Assembly: GCA_012513645.1 (NCBI GenBank)
Contig: JAAZBU010000050.1
Span: forward strand, 1-58,073
Source of the DNA: Clostridiales bacterium
GTDB lineage: Bacteria; Bacillota; Clostridia; Christensenellales; Aristaeellaceae
Reading direction: 5' to 3'
DNA: 58,073 nt
Shown here: positions 18,412 to 28,568 of the stretch, piece by piece
Layout of the letters: every line of letters starts with the position of its first letter
Numbering within the stretch: the stretch's first letter is position 1
Translations under genes and position numbers: made by a program
The notes under the pieces: generated by a model
What the model saw: only the letters and a program-made list of their open reading frames with translations
The model's database searches: none
Told to the model about the DNA's origin: nothing

Positions 18412-20199
18412 ATGCCCAAAAAACACGGTGTACTGTACAACATCCGCCAATTTCTGCCCTACTACAAGCCGCACTTGCGGGTGCTTACTTTTGACCTGCT
18501 GTGCGCGGTGCTGACCACCGCCTGCGAGCTGATCTTCCCGTTGATCGTCAGCTTCATCACCGACCAGGCCATCGCCGCGCCGGCCAGCATCACGCTGTCG
18601 TTTGTGCTGAGGCCGGCGCTGCTGTATGTAGGGCTGCGGCTGATTGACGCGGGCGCCTATTATTATATGCAGTCCAGGGGCCACATCATGGGCGCCCGGA
18701 TTGAGACGGACATGCGTACCAACCTGTTCAACCATTTGCAGCAGCTGTCCTTCTCCTACTACAACAACGCCAAGATCGGCCAGCTGATGAGCCGCATGAC
18801 CAGCGACCTGTTTGACGTGACGGAGTTTTCCCACCACTGCCCGGAAGAGTTTTTGATCGCGCTGGTCAAGATCAGCGTCTCCTTCATCATCCTGCTGGGG
18901 GTCAACGTGCCGCTGACGCTGCTGATCTTCCTCATGCTGCCCTTTTTGCTATATGCCACCTACAAGTTCAATACCCGCATCCGCCGCACCTTTGCCGCCG
19001 GGCGCTGGCAGCTGGGCGAAATCAACGCCCAGACCGAGGACAGCCTGCTCGGTATGCGCGTGGTGCAGAGCTTTGCCAACGAGCACCTTGAGAACGAGAA
19101 GTTCGGCCTGGGCAATCAGAAGTTTTTGCGCCTGAAGATCAAGCAATACCGCATCATGGCCGGCTTTCACATCACCACCCGGCTGATGGACGGCATCATG
19201 AACATTCTGGTGGTGGTGGCGGGGGCGATCTACCTGGGCCAGGGCCAAATCACCGCCGGCCAGTACCTGAGCTACCTGCTGTACGTCAACATGCTGCTGG
19301 CGGCCATCCGCCGGCTGGTGGAGTTTACCGAGCAGTTTCAGCGTGGCATGACGGGCATCGAGCGCTTTCAGGAGGTGATGGACGCACCGCTGGAGATCAC
19401 CGACACGCCCGGCGCCCAGGAACTGACCGACGTGAAGGGCGAGATCCACTTTGACGATGTCAGCTTTCACTACGCCGATGCCGAGGACAGCCCGGTGCTG
19501 GACAACCTGACGCTCACCGTGTCTGCCGGGCAGAACGTGGCGCTGGTGGGGCCCAGCGGCTCGGGCAAGACTACGCTGTGCAACCTGATCCCCCGCTTTT
19601 ACGATGTCACCGCCGGCCGCATCCTCATCGACGGGCAGGACATCAAGGGGCTGACGCTCAAAAGCCTGCGCAGCAACATCGGCATGGTGCAGCAGGATGT
19701 CTACCTGTTCTCGGGCACGGTGTACGACAACATCGCCTACGGCAAGCCGGGGGCCGACCGCGCCCAGGTGGAGGCCGCCGCCCGCCGCGCGGGTGCGCAT
19801 GACTTTATTCAGGAGCTGCCCGATGGGTACGATACCTATGTGGGCGAGCGGGGCGTCAAGCTGTCCGGCGGGCAGAAGCAGCGCATCTCCATCGCGCGGG
19901 TGTTCCTCAAGGATCCGCCCATCTTGCTGCTGGACGAGGCCACCAGCGCGCTCGACAACGAGTCCGAGCGCCTGGTGCAGCAATCCCTTGAGGCGCTGAC
20001 CCGCGGGCGCACCACGCTGACCATCGCCCACCGGCTGACCACCATCCGGGGGGCTGACGTCATCTGGGTGCTGACCGAAAACGGCCTGGAGGAGCATGGC
20101 ACCCACAGCGAGCTGATGCGCAAGGGCGGCCTGTATAGCCGCCTGTACCAGATGTATGCAGCCGGCACCGCGCAGGAGGAAGCCGCCGCGCTGACCTGA
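18412..20199 (+). CDS. ABC exporter, fused permease-ATPase (MsbA/type I exporter-like half transporter)
   Basis: Six-helix TMD, then Walker A GPSGSGKTT, signature LSGGQKQR and Walker B LLLDEATS. Confidence 0.9.
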   Translation: MPKKHGVLYNIRQFLPYYKPHLRVLTFDLLCAVLTTACELIFPLIVSFITDQAIAAPASITLSFVLRPALLYVGLRLIDAGAYYYMQSRGHIMGARIETDMRTNLFNHLQQLSFSYYNNAKIGQLMSRMTSDLFDVTEFSHHCPEEFLIALVKISVSFIILLGVNVPLTLLIFLMLPFLLYATYKFNTRIRRTFAAGRWQLGEINAQTEDSLLGMRVVQSFANEHLENEKFGLGNQKFLRLKIKQYRIMAGFHITTRLMDGIMNILVVVAGAIYLGQGQITAGQYLSYLLYVNMLLAAIRRLVEFTEQFQRGMTGIERFQEVMDAPLEITDTPGAQELTDVKGEIHFDDVSFHYADAEDSPVLDNLTLTVSAGQNVALVGPSGSGKTTLCNLIPRFYDVTAGRILIDGQDIKGLTLKSLRSNIGMVQQDVYLFSGTVYDNIAYGKPGADRAQVEAAARRAGAHDFIQELPDGYDTYVGERGVKLSGGQKQRISIARVFLKDPPILLLDEATSALDNESERLVQQSLEALTRGRTTLTIAHRLTTIRGADVIWVLTENGLEEHGTHSELMRKGGLYSRLYQMYAAGTAQEEAAALT

Positions 20200-20239
20200 T
20201 GCCCGACCCAAGGGCGGATAATGAAATGGAGGACAACAG

Positions 20240-21850
20240 ATGGACCTGATGTTTCTTGGCGCGGCGCGGGAGGTAACCGGCAGCCGCTATCTGCTGCGTA
20301 CGCTGGGCAAAAACATTTTGATCGACTGCGGCATGGAGCAGGGCGGCGACACCTACGAAAATCAGGAGCTGCCCGTCTCCGCCCAGGCGGTGGACTGCGT
20401 GGTGCTCACCCACGCCCACATTGACCACAGCGGCATGCTGCCCAAGCTGTACGCGGATGGCTTCCGCGGCAGCATTTTTGCCACGCCGGCCACCGCCGCG
20501 CTGTGCGACATCATGCTGCGGGATTCGGCCCACATCCAGGAGCAGGAGGCCGAGTGGCGCAACCGCAAGGCCCAGCGCTCGGGCGAGCAGCCCTATCAGC
20601 CCATCTATACCACGGAGGACGCCGAGGGCACGCTCAACCTGTTTGTGCCCGTATCCTACGGCAGGCCGCAGCAGATCCTGGACCATGTGTCCCTCACCTT
20701 CTCCGATGCAGGCCACCTGTTGGGCTCGGCCTCAGCCACGCTGGACGTGACAGAGGAGGGCCAGAGCCGCGCGGTGGTTTTCTCCGGCGACATCGGCAAC
20801 CTGCACCAGCCCATCCTTAACGACCCGCACTACCTGACCCGGGCCGACTATGTGGTGATGGAATCCACCTACGGCGACCGCGTGCACGGCGAACGGCCGG
20901 ACTATATTGCCGACCTGGTGGACGTATTGCAGACCACCTTCGACCGGGGCGGCAACGTGGTCATCCCCTCCTTCGCCGTGGGCCGCACGCAGGAGCTGCT
21001 GTACTTCCTGCGGGAAATCAAGCAGCAGAACCTGGTGCGCGGGCACGAGGGCTTCCCGGTGTATATGGACAGCCCCCTGGCCATCAAGGCCACCGGCATC
21101 TTCAACACCAGCGCGGAGAATAACTTTGACGAGGAAATGAAGGCCCTGCTGCAAAGCGGCGCCAATCCCCTGAGCTTTGAGGACCTCAAGCTGGGCGTCA
21201 CGGCGGATGAGTCCAAGGCCATCAACTTTGAAAAGCGCCCCTGCGTCATCATTTCGGCGTCGGGCATGGCGGAGGCAGGCCGCATCCGCCACCACCTCAA
21301 GCACAACCTGTGGCGCCCCAATGCCACCATATTGTTTGTGGGCTATCAGAGCGTGGGCACCTTGGGGCGGGCGCTGCTGGACGGCGCCAAGACGGTGCGC
21401 CTGTTCAACGAGGACGTCGAGGTGCACGCCCAGATCCGCACCCTGCGGGCCATCTCCGGCCATGCGGACGCGGACGGCCTGCAGGTGTGGGCGGAGAGCT
21501 TTCAGCCAAAGCCCACGCGCTACTTTGTCTGCCACGGCGAGGAGGGCGTAGCCGAGACCTTTGCCCAGCGCCTGACAGCCGCTGGGCTGACCCCCACCGT
21601 GCCCTACAACGGCGATGGGTGGGACCTGCTGCGCGACCGGCAATCCGAGGCCGGCAGCCGCATTCTGGTCACCAAGAAGGAGCGCAAGGCCGCCCGCAAG
21701 GCCCAGCGCAAGCAGACCGAGGCCGACTCCGCCTTGCAAAGCGCCTTTGACCGGCTGCGCAACGTGGTGGAAGGCGCCCAGGGCTACAGCAACAGCCTGA
21801 AGCGCAAGCTGGCCGAGCAGATCAACAAGCTGATCAACAAGTGGCAGTAA
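20240..21850 (+). CDS. MBL-fold beta-CASP hydrolase (RNA-metabolising type) with a basic coiled C-terminal tail
   Basis: Contains HAHIDHSG, the later D/H motifs of beta-CASP, and ISGHAD. The ~70-aa C-terminal extension is KKERKAARKAQRKQTE... Confidence 0.8.
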   Translation: MDLMFLGAAREVTGSRYLLRTLGKNILIDCGMEQGGDTYENQELPVSAQAVDCVVLTHAHIDHSGMLPKLYADGFRGSIFATPATAALCDIMLRDSAHIQEQEAEWRNRKAQRSGEQPYQPIYTTEDAEGTLNLFVPVSYGRPQQILDHVSLTFSDAGHLLGSASATLDVTEEGQSRAVVFSGDIGNLHQPILNDPHYLTRADYVVMESTYGDRVHGERPDYIADLVDVLQTTFDRGGNVVIPSFAVGRTQELLYFLREIKQQNLVRGHEGFPVYMDSPLAIKATGIFNTSAENNFDEEMKALLQSGANPLSFEDLKLGVTADESKAINFEKRPCVIISASGMAEAGRIRHHLKHNLWRPNATILFVGYQSVGTLGRALLDGAKTVRLFNEDVEVHAQIRTLRAISGHADADGLQVWAESFQPKPTRYFVCHGEEGVAETFAQRLTAAGLTPTVPYNGDGWDLLRDRQSEAGSRILVTKKERKAARKAQRKQTEADSALQSAFDRLRNVVEGAQGYSNSLKRKLAEQINKLINKWQ

Positions 21851-21885
21851 CTGCCCAATATAGATAGCAGGTAGGAGGATAACCC

Positions 21886-23244
21886 ATGAACTTCCAAGCC
21901 CTCAGCGCACCCCTGCCCCAGGATATCGAAAGCTACATTGCCTCTGGCCAGTGGGTCATCGCCCGCGAGATGATCGACACCCGCCTGACGCTGGACCTGC
22001 CCCTTATGCTGCGCCAGCGGCTGGAGGCGGCCCGCTGGTTCCTGGACAACCTGGCGGCCGACTACCCCCTCAACGAGACCGAGGTGTTAGCCGCCATCCG
22101 GGCCGAAATCCCGGACTATTCGGACGATGACTTCCGCCAGCTGCGCGACCTGGGGTGGCTGGATAGCCGCCGCATCGAGGGCCGCCGCATGTACTTTGAG
22201 GACACCGTGCCCAGCCTGCTCAAGGCCAACCCGGAGTTCGCCGCCCGCGCCGGCAAGCCCCTCAGCCCCAGCCGCCCCCTGCTGGACGAGGCCATGGCCA
22301 TCATGAAGCGGGACGGCCACCTCAACATGGAGATGCAGCTGACCACCACGCTGCGCATCAAGGACGAGGCCTTTAGCCCCGGCGTGTGGCGCGTGCACCT
22401 GCCGCTGCCCACCCCGGCCCCCCAGCAGCAGGATGTGGTGATTGAGGATGTGCAGCCCACGCCCCGCCACATCGCGCGGGAGAGCGCGCCCCAGCGCACC
22501 GCCTATTTTGAGGAAAACCTCAGCGAAAACCTGCCCTTCACCGCCACCAGCCGGTATGTGCAGCGCCTGGTCTACTGCGATCCTATGAGCACAGACAACC
22601 AGCGCGTCATCTATCCCCAGGCCAAGCCCCCCGTCAAGGAGGACCTGGAGCCCCAGCTGCCCCACCTGTCCTTCACCCCCTACCTGACGGCCCTGGCCAA
22701 GGAGCTGGTGGGCGACGAGGTGATCCCCGTGCGGCAGGCCAAGCGCTTTTACGACTTCATCACCGGCCGGGTGCTCTACAGCTATGTGCGGCCCTACCAG
22801 CTGATCGAGCACGGCGCGGAGTATGCGGCGGTCAACCTGCGGGGCGACTGCGGCATCCAGGCGCTGCTGTTCATCGCGCTGTGCCGCATCACGGGCATCC
22901 CCGCCCGCTGGCAAAGCGGGCTGTACGCCGCCCCCGGCGACGAGGGCAGCCACGACTGGGCCTGGTTCTACACCGAGGCCTGGGGCTGGCTGCCGGCCGA
23001 CTGCAGCTTTGGCGGCGCCGGCCGCCGCGGCGGCAACGCCGAAAGGCGCGAGTTTTACTTTGGCAACCTGGACCCCTACCGTGCGGTGTTCAACCACGCG
23101 TACATGGGCGCCTTCCAGCCCGAGCGCCTGCACGTGCGCCACGACCCCTACGACAACCAGCGCGGCGAGGTGGAAACCGAGGAGCGCGGCCTGCTGGGCA
23201 GCGAGTATCGCACCACCCACAAGGTGGAGGTCAAGCTGCTGTAA
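21886..23244 (+). CDS. Transglutaminase-like cysteine-protease-fold protein
   Basis: The C-terminal core is RGDCGIQALLFIALCRITGIPARW...SHDWAWFY...LPADCS (Cys-His-Asp triad). There is a ~300-aa N-terminal region of unknown type and no signal peptide. Confidence 0.75.
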   Translation: MNFQALSAPLPQDIESYIASGQWVIAREMIDTRLTLDLPLMLRQRLEAARWFLDNLAADYPLNETEVLAAIRAEIPDYSDDDFRQLRDLGWLDSRRIEGRRMYFEDTVPSLLKANPEFAARAGKPLSPSRPLLDEAMAIMKRDGHLNMEMQLTTTLRIKDEAFSPGVWRVHLPLPTPAPQQQDVVIEDVQPTPRHIARESAPQRTAYFEENLSENLPFTATSRYVQRLVYCDPMSTDNQRVIYPQAKPPVKEDLEPQLPHLSFTPYLTALAKELVGDEVIPVRQAKRFYDFITGRVLYSYVRPYQLIEHGAEYAAVNLRGDCGIQALLFIALCRITGIPARWQSGLYAAPGDEGSHDWAWFYTEAWGWLPADCSFGGAGRRGGNAERREFYFGNLDPYRAVFNHAYMGAFQPERLHVRHDPYDNQRGEVETEERGLLGSEYRTTHKVEVKLL

Positions 23245-23275
23245 GCATTGTTCAACCGTTCTCATCATAAAACCC

Positions 23276-23311
23276 AGGAAGGGCCGTGCACACGCACAGC
23301 CCTTCCTCTTT
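23276..23311. terminator. Bidirectional terminator between the transglutaminase-like gene and comEA
   Basis: 9-bp stem AGGAAGGGC / GCCCTTCCT with a 14-nt loop. It is followed by CTTT on the plus strand and GGGTTTTAT on the minus strand. Confidence 0.7.
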
Positions 23312-23321
23312 GATACCAAGT

Positions 23322-23678
23322 CTAATCCAACCGAATATACGGCCTGATCTGCGTAAGCCGTCTGTCCCCGATGCCGGGGACATTTTTGAGGTCCTCGGGA
23401 TAAAAGAAGGGGGATTTTTGCCGCGCCTGGATGATCTGCTGCGCCAGGTGCGGGCCGATGCCGGGCAGCTGCTGCAACTCCTTCTCGGTGGCTGTGTTGA
23501 TATTGATGCCGCCCGACGCTTGTACAGCCACCGGCTGCCCCGCGGTGGGCACTGGTGCCAGCGCCATCACCTTGCGCTGCGGCGCATCAAAAAGCCCTGC
23601 CGCCAGCGCCAGGCAGAGCGCCGCGATCAGGGCGCAGGCTGCCAACAGCAGGCGGGGCAGGGCTTTTTGCATGCTCAT
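23322..23678 (-). CDS. comEA: ComEA-family helix-hairpin-helix DNA-binding protein (short form)
   Basis: N-terminal TM helix, then NINTATEKELQQLPGIGPHLAQQII....LKNVPGIGDRRLTQI (tandem HhH). Confidence 0.8.
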   Translation of the reverse strand: MSMQKALPRLLLAACALIAALCLALAAGLFDAPQRKVMALAPVPTAGQPVAVQASGGININTATEKELQQLPGIGPHLAQQIIQARQKSPFFYPEDLKNVPGIGDRRLTQIRPYIRLD

Positions 23679-23687
23679 GCGAACCGG

Positions 23688-25085
23688 TTATAAGGCTTTG
23701 ACGATCTTCTGGCCGGCGGCGGTGTCCTCCACCGTGTAGCCCATCTCGTTGAGCTGGGTGCGCAGGGCGTCGGACTGAGCCCAGTTCTTCTGCTTGCGTG
23801 CCTCCACGCGCTGATCGGCCAGCGCCTGCACCTCGATAGGCAGCTCGCCGGGCTTTTTGCTCAGCAGGCCCAAGATGTCCGTCAGCTGGTGCAGCACATC
23901 GAGCGCGTGCTGGATGGCCGCCTTGGCGGTGCCGGCATGTACGCTGGTGTTGGCCGCGTAGACCACGTCAAACAGCGCGCCCATGGCCTCGGCGGTATTG
24001 AGGTCATCATCCATGGCGGCGTCAAAGCGGCTACGGCAGTCATCCACCTCGGCGATGAAGGCGCGGTCGGCCTCACCGGGCTCGCCCTCGGGTGCCGCCT
24101 GCAAGAGGAAAAGCAGGTTGTCCCGCGCGGTATACAGGCGCGTCAGGCTGGCGCGGGCCTGCTCGATGCTGTCGCGGCTGAAGTTGAGCGGGCTGCGGTA
24201 CTGCGCCGACAGCATGAACATGCGCACGTCCTCGGCATCATACTCCTTGAGGATGTCGCGCACGGTGAAGAAGTTGCCCAGAGATTTGGACATCTTTTCG
24301 TTGTCGATGTTAAGAAAGCCGTTGTGCATCCAGTACTTGACAAAGGGATGGCCGGTGGCCCCCTCGGACTGGGCAATCTCGTTCTCGTGGTGCGGGAACA
24401 ACAGGTCCCGCCCGCCGGAGTGGATGTCCAGCGTATCGCCCAGGTAGGCCATGCTCATGGCGCTGCACTCAATGTGCCAGCCGGGCCGTCCGCTGCCCCA
24501 GGGGCTGTCCCACGCGGGCTCGCCGGGCTTCTCAGCCTTCCACAGGGCAAAGTCGGCCGGGGCCTCCTTCTCGTCCTCCACGTCCACGCGGGCGCCTGCA
24601 TCCAGGTCGTCCACATCCTGGCCGCTGAGCTTGCCATACTCGGGGAAGGAGGCGGTGCGGTAGTACACCGTGCCGTTGCTTTCATAGGCCATGCCCTTGT
24701 CAATCAGCTGCTGCACCAGCGCAATAATCTGCGGGATGTGCTCGGTGGCGCGGGGATGCACCGTGGCCGGGCGGATGCCCAGGGCGCCTGCATCCTTGTA
24801 ATACTCGGCAATGAAGCGGTCGCCCAGCTCCTTGACGGAGATGCCTTCCTCGCCCGCGCGGCGGATCATCTTGTCGTCAATGTCCGTAAAGTTCTGCACC
24901 AAAGTGACCTGATAGCCCTTGTACTCCAGATACCGGCGAAGCACGTCAAAGATGATGAATGGCCGCGCGTTGCCGATGTGGAAAAAGTCGTACACCGTGG
25001 GGCCGCAGGAATAGATGCCCACATGCCCCGGCTTGACCGGCACAAACTCCTCTTTTTTACGGCTCTGGCTATTGTAGATCTGCAT
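23688..25085 (-). CDS. cysS: Cysteine--tRNA ligase
   Basis: Contains [15 protein letters not shown] (HIGH) and KMSKSLGN (KMSKS) and is 465 aa. The start lies 8 nt after the ppk1 stop. Confidence 0.95.
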   Translation of the reverse strand: MQIYNSQSRKKEEFVPVKPGHVGIYSCGPTVYDFFHIGNARPFIIFDVLRRYLEYKGYQVTLVQNFTDIDDKMIRRAGEEGISVKELGDRFIAEYYKDAGALGIRPATVHPRATEHIPQIIALVQQLIDKGMAYESNGTVYYRTASFPEYGKLSGQDVDDLDAGARVDVEDEKEAPADFALWKAEKPGEPAWDSPWGSGRPGWHIECSAMSMAYLGDTLDIHSGGRDLLFPHHENEIAQSEGATGHPFVKYWMHNGFLNIDNEKMSKSLGNFFTVRDILKEYDAEDVRMFMLSAQYRSPLNFSRDSIEQARASLTRLYTARDNLLFLLQAAPEGEPGEADRAFIAEVDDCRSRFDAAMDDDLNTAEAMGALFDVVYAANTSVHAGTAKAAIQHALDVLHQLTDILGLLSKKPGELPIEVQALADQRVEARKQKNWAQSDALRTQLNEMGYTVEDTAAGQKIVKAL

Positions 25086-25093
25086 AAGTCCTC

Positions 25094-27163
25094 CTAAATC
25101 GCGATGATGGTTGTTTCTTGCTGTGGTTCACCCGCGCGCCGCGCCTCCTGCACAAAGTACTCCTGCGCGCTGAAGGCCGGCCCCTGATCCTGCAGGTGCT
25201 CATACTCGTCATTTTCGCGCAGGCGCCAGCTTTGCAGGGTATCGCGCCACTGGGTTTCAAAGATGCCCATGATGCGGCGGGCGATGGCCGGGTCCTTTAC
25301 GGGGGCGGTCAGCTCCACCCGCTTATCCAGGTTGCGGGTCATCAGGTCGGCCGATGAGATGAACACCTCGGGCAGGCCCCCATTGCGGAAGATGTACAGC
25401 CGGGAGTGTTCCAGAAACCGGCCGACGGTGGAGTGCACCGCGATGTTGCGGTGCCGCGACAGCCGCAGGCAACAGATGCCGCGCACCAGCAGCCGCACCT
25501 GCACCCCTTCTTCCGCCGCAGTGTAAATGGCCTCGATGATCTCGGGATCGGACAGGCTGTTCATCTTGGCGTCAAAGCCGGCGGGCAGCCCCTGGCGGAC
25601 GTTGTCTGCCTCCACGCGCAGGCGGTCGATGAAGGCGCTCTTCATGGCGTAGGGCGAGGCCAGCAGATCGCGCATGGGGAACGTGTAGTTATACCCCGTG
25701 ATGATGTTGAAAAACGCGCTGGCGTCCTCCCCGATCTGCCGGTCACAGGTCAGAATGCCCATGTCGGTGTACTGCCGGGCGGTGGCATCGTTGTAGTTGC
25801 CGGTGCCGATGTGCACATACTGGCGCAGGCCGTCCGGCTCGCGCCGCACCACCAAGGTGATCTTGGAGTGCGTCTTCCACCGGGGCACACCGTAGAGCAC
25901 GTGGCAGCCCGCCGCCTCCAGTGTCTTGCACCAGTTGATGTTGTTCTCCTCATCAAAGCGGGCGCGCACCTCCACCAGCACGGTCACCTGCTTGCCCAGC
26001 TGCGCCGCGCGGGCCAGGCTGGGCACCAGCGTGCTCTTGGAGGACACGCGGTACAGCGTCTGCTTGATGGCCAGCACATGCGGGTCCTCCGCCGCCTCGC
26101 GGATGAAGCGCAGCACCGGGTCGAAGCTGTCGAAGGGGTGGTGCAAAAACAGATCGCCCCCGCGGATGGTGCGGAAGATACTTTCCCCCGCGTATAACCG
26201 CGGGTCGGTGGCCGGCTTAAAGGGCTCGTAGCGCAGCGCCTCAAAGCCGGGCAGGCCGTGCAGCTCGCGCATCATAAAGCGCAGGTCCAGCGGGCCGTCC
26301 ACCTCCTGCACAATGCGGGCGGGGGCCTCCAGCGCCTTTTGCAGCCGCCGCATGATCTGGGCATTGCGCCGCTTGGGTACCTCCAGCCGCACGATCTTGC
26401 CGTAGCTGCGCCGCTTGATGGCCTTGCGCATCTCATCCACCAGGCTGTTCACATTCTCGATGTCGATGACAAAATCGGTGTTGCGCGTGATGCGAAACGG
26501 CATCGAGCCAATGGGGTCCATGTAGGGAAACAGGCGGCCCAAGTGCATGGTGATCAGGTCCTCCAGCAGCAGGCCGCACACCGCGCCCTCCCCCTGGGGC
26601 AGCAGCACCACGCGCTTGAGGGCCGCGGGCACGGGCACCAGGCTCAGCTGCGGCAGACCGCCCTTGTCCGACTGAAGAAGCACCGCGGTGTAGATGCGCT
26701 TGGCCGCCAGCAGCGGAAAGGGGTGGCTGGGGTTGATGGTGCGCGGCGTGAGCACGGGCATCACCTGGGCGTCAAAGTAGCCCGACAGCCAGGTGCGCTG
26801 CTCCTCCCCCAAGTCATCGGGGGCAAGGATGCGCAGGCCATGCCCCGAAAGCTGCGGGATCACCTGATCGTTGTAGATGGCATACTGCCGGGCCACCTGC
26901 TTTAACACCATGCGGCGGATGGCGCGCACCTGCTGAAGCGGCGTCATGCCCGCCGGATCGATGATCCGCAGGCCGGCATCGATCTTGCGCTCCAGCTTGC
27001 CCACCCGCACCATGAAGAACTCATCCAGGTTGCTGGACACGATGGACAGAAATTTAGCCCGCTCCAGTGGCGGGTTGTGCGGCCGCTCGGCCTCCAGCAT
27101 CACCCGGCTGTTGAACCGCAGCCAGCTGAGCTCCCGGTTGACAAAGCGCTTTCGATCCGTCAT
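25094..27163 (-). CDS. ppk1: Polyphosphate kinase 1
   Basis: Contains RFVNRELSWLRFNSRVMLEA and VEVRARFDEENNI, with two PLD-like HxK modules, and is 689 aa. Confidence 0.95.
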   Translation of the reverse strand: MTDRKRFVNRELSWLRFNSRVMLEAERPHNPPLERAKFLSIVSSNLDEFFMVRVGKLERKIDAGLRIIDPAGMTPLQQVRAIRRMVLKQVARQYAIYNDQVIPQLSGHGLRILAPDDLGEEQRTWLSGYFDAQVMPVLTPRTINPSHPFPLLAAKRIYTAVLLQSDKGGLPQLSLVPVPAALKRVVLLPQGEGAVCGLLLEDLITMHLGRLFPYMDPIGSMPFRITRNTDFVIDIENVNSLVDEMRKAIKRRSYGKIVRLEVPKRRNAQIMRRLQKALEAPARIVQEVDGPLDLRFMMRELHGLPGFEALRYEPFKPATDPRLYAGESIFRTIRGGDLFLHHPFDSFDPVLRFIREAAEDPHVLAIKQTLYRVSSKSTLVPSLARAAQLGKQVTVLVEVRARFDEENNINWCKTLEAAGCHVLYGVPRWKTHSKITLVVRREPDGLRQYVHIGTGNYNDATARQYTDMGILTCDRQIGEDASAFFNIITGYNYTFPMRDLLASPYAMKSAFIDRLRVEADNVRQGLPAGFDAKMNSLSDPEIIEAIYTAAEEGVQVRLLVRGICCLRLSRHRNIAVHSTVGRFLEHSRLYIFRNGGLPEVFISSADLMTRNLDKRVELTAPVKDPAIARRIMGIFETQWRDTLQSWRLRENDEYEHLQDQGPAFSAQEYFVQEARRAGEPQQETTIIAI

Positions 27164-27176
27164 GTCGTCCCCAAGT

Positions 27177-28265
27177 TCAGGTAATGCGGGCCGTCAGCTT
27201 GATCAGCGTCAGCTGCGGCCGGTTAAACAGGCGGAAGGGCATCCACCAGGGGTAGGCCCCGGAGGTGCCCAGCCCCGGGCTGATGTACTCGGGCACCGCG
27301 TAGACCATGGCCAGGCCGGATACCTCCCGGTCGTCCGGCAGCCAGCCGCGCAGGCCAATATCGCCCTTTGGCACATACACCGGCCCGATCAGCGGCAGGC
27401 GCCACTGGCCGTTGTTCCAGTGCCCGGCCAGTATCAGCGACACCGTGCCCGGGAAGTTGACCGCCTTTCGCTCCAGGCGCTCGCCCTCGTGCAGGCCGGC
27501 GACCGCTGTGCCGTCCAGCGGCACATGGCTGAGCAGCACATAGCAGTCATCGGGCTTCATCTCCTTGCGGGCCTCGTCCGCCCGGGCCAGCACATCCAGC
27601 TGATAGTCCACCACCCGCAGCGCGGCCGCGTCGTCGGGGGCGTCGCTGCGGCTGGCGATCAGCTCGTCGCGCCGCTCCTGCAGGGCAAAGGCCGCCGCCC
27701 GCAGGTCGGTGGTGTACAGGCTGGCCGGGCTGAACCATATGTTGCGCCCCTGATAGACCACATTGTGCGGGCTGTCCAGATAAATGGCGCCCGCCTCCTC
27801 GGCCCGACGGATAAAATCCGCCTTGACCTCGCCGCCGCCCACGTGGCGGCCGCGGATGGCCTCCGGGTCGTCATCACCGGCAATCAGAAACACCGGCACA
27901 TCGTCTGGAAACAGCGCCAGCAAATCCAGCAGCGGCTGTACATCACCGCTGCGGCCCACCATGTCGCCCGTCAGGCACACGGCGCGGTAGTTCTCCAGCC
28001 TTATCAGCTGGCGGATGCGCTGCTGCGCCTCGCCAAAGCGGGCGGCATGCAGGTCGCTGAGGTGCAAAATGGGAAAGCCCTCGTACACCTGGGCCATGCC
28101 CGCCACCGTGACCGGCTGGTGCACCAGCGTGGCGTGGCTGTTGTTGACAAAGTTCAGCCCCATCACCAGCGCCAGCGCAAAGAAAAAAAGAAGGATATTC
28201 ATCAGGCAGCCGGGATGCCGCTTCCTGCGCGGCGCAAACAGCAACCTGTCCCGTCTCCTGCCCAT
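27177..28265 (-). CDS. Membrane-anchored calcineurin-like metallophosphoesterase
   Basis: Contains LHLSDLHA, CLTGDMV, IAGDDD and GHWNNG motifs after a basic N-terminus and one TM helix. ATG 28265 is preceded by GGAAGGGG and a good promoter. An alternative ATG lies at 28202. Confidence 0.75.
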   Translation of the reverse strand: MGRRRDRLLFAPRRKRHPGCLMNILLFFFALALVMGLNFVNNSHATLVHQPVTVAGMAQVYEGFPILHLSDLHAARFGEAQQRIRQLIRLENYRAVCLTGDMVGRSGDVQPLLDLLALFPDDVPVFLIAGDDDPEAIRGRHVGGGEVKADFIRRAEEAGAIYLDSPHNVVYQGRNIWFSPASLYTTDLRAAAFALQERRDELIASRSDAPDDAAALRVVDYQLDVLARADEARKEMKPDDCYVLLSHVPLDGTAVAGLHEGERLERKAVNFPGTVSLILAGHWNNGQWRLPLIGPVYVPKGDIGLRGWLPDDREVSGLAMVYAVPEYISPGLGTSGAYPWWMPFRLFNRPQLTLIKLTARIT

Positions 28266-28291
28266 TCACCTTCCCCTTCCTTAGATATCGC

Positions 28292-28320
28292 ATTATATCA
28301 CACGGCATTGGCCCGTGCAA
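28292..28320 (-). promoter_or_regulatory. Promoter of the metallophosphoesterase-ppk1-cysS-comEA unit
   Basis: Minus strand: TTGCAC, 17-nt spacer, TATAAT. Confidence 0.65.
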
Positions 28321-28465
28321 TGCGGCAACAGCGCCTGCAGGCCTGCCCGCGGACGGCCGCGCGCAAAAAAGGCGGGATAAATACAGGGGCAAATACCGCC
28401 GACCTTTGGGGGCCTGTCCCCTCTTCGCAGGAAGATTGACACAATGGTCGCCCATGGGGGCATGC

Positions 28466-28494
28466 TTGTGGATGCATACCCCTTGTGCTATACT
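28466..28494 (+). promoter_or_regulatory. Candidate glg operon promoter
   Basis: TTGTGG, 17-nt spacer, extended -10 TGcTATACT. This leaves a ~70-nt leader before glgB. Confidence 0.5.
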
Positions 28495-28568
28495 AAACGC
28501 AGGTAAACAACATCTGGGCGGCGGGACCGCCGCAAGGGATCCGAGTACCTGGCAAAGGGGGAGCTGCC

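Noticed and set aside
25086-25093. T-box leader expected upstream of cysS.
   Set aside because: Only 8 nt separate cysS from ppk1. No T-box elements occur anywhere in the operon's 5' region (28203-28320).
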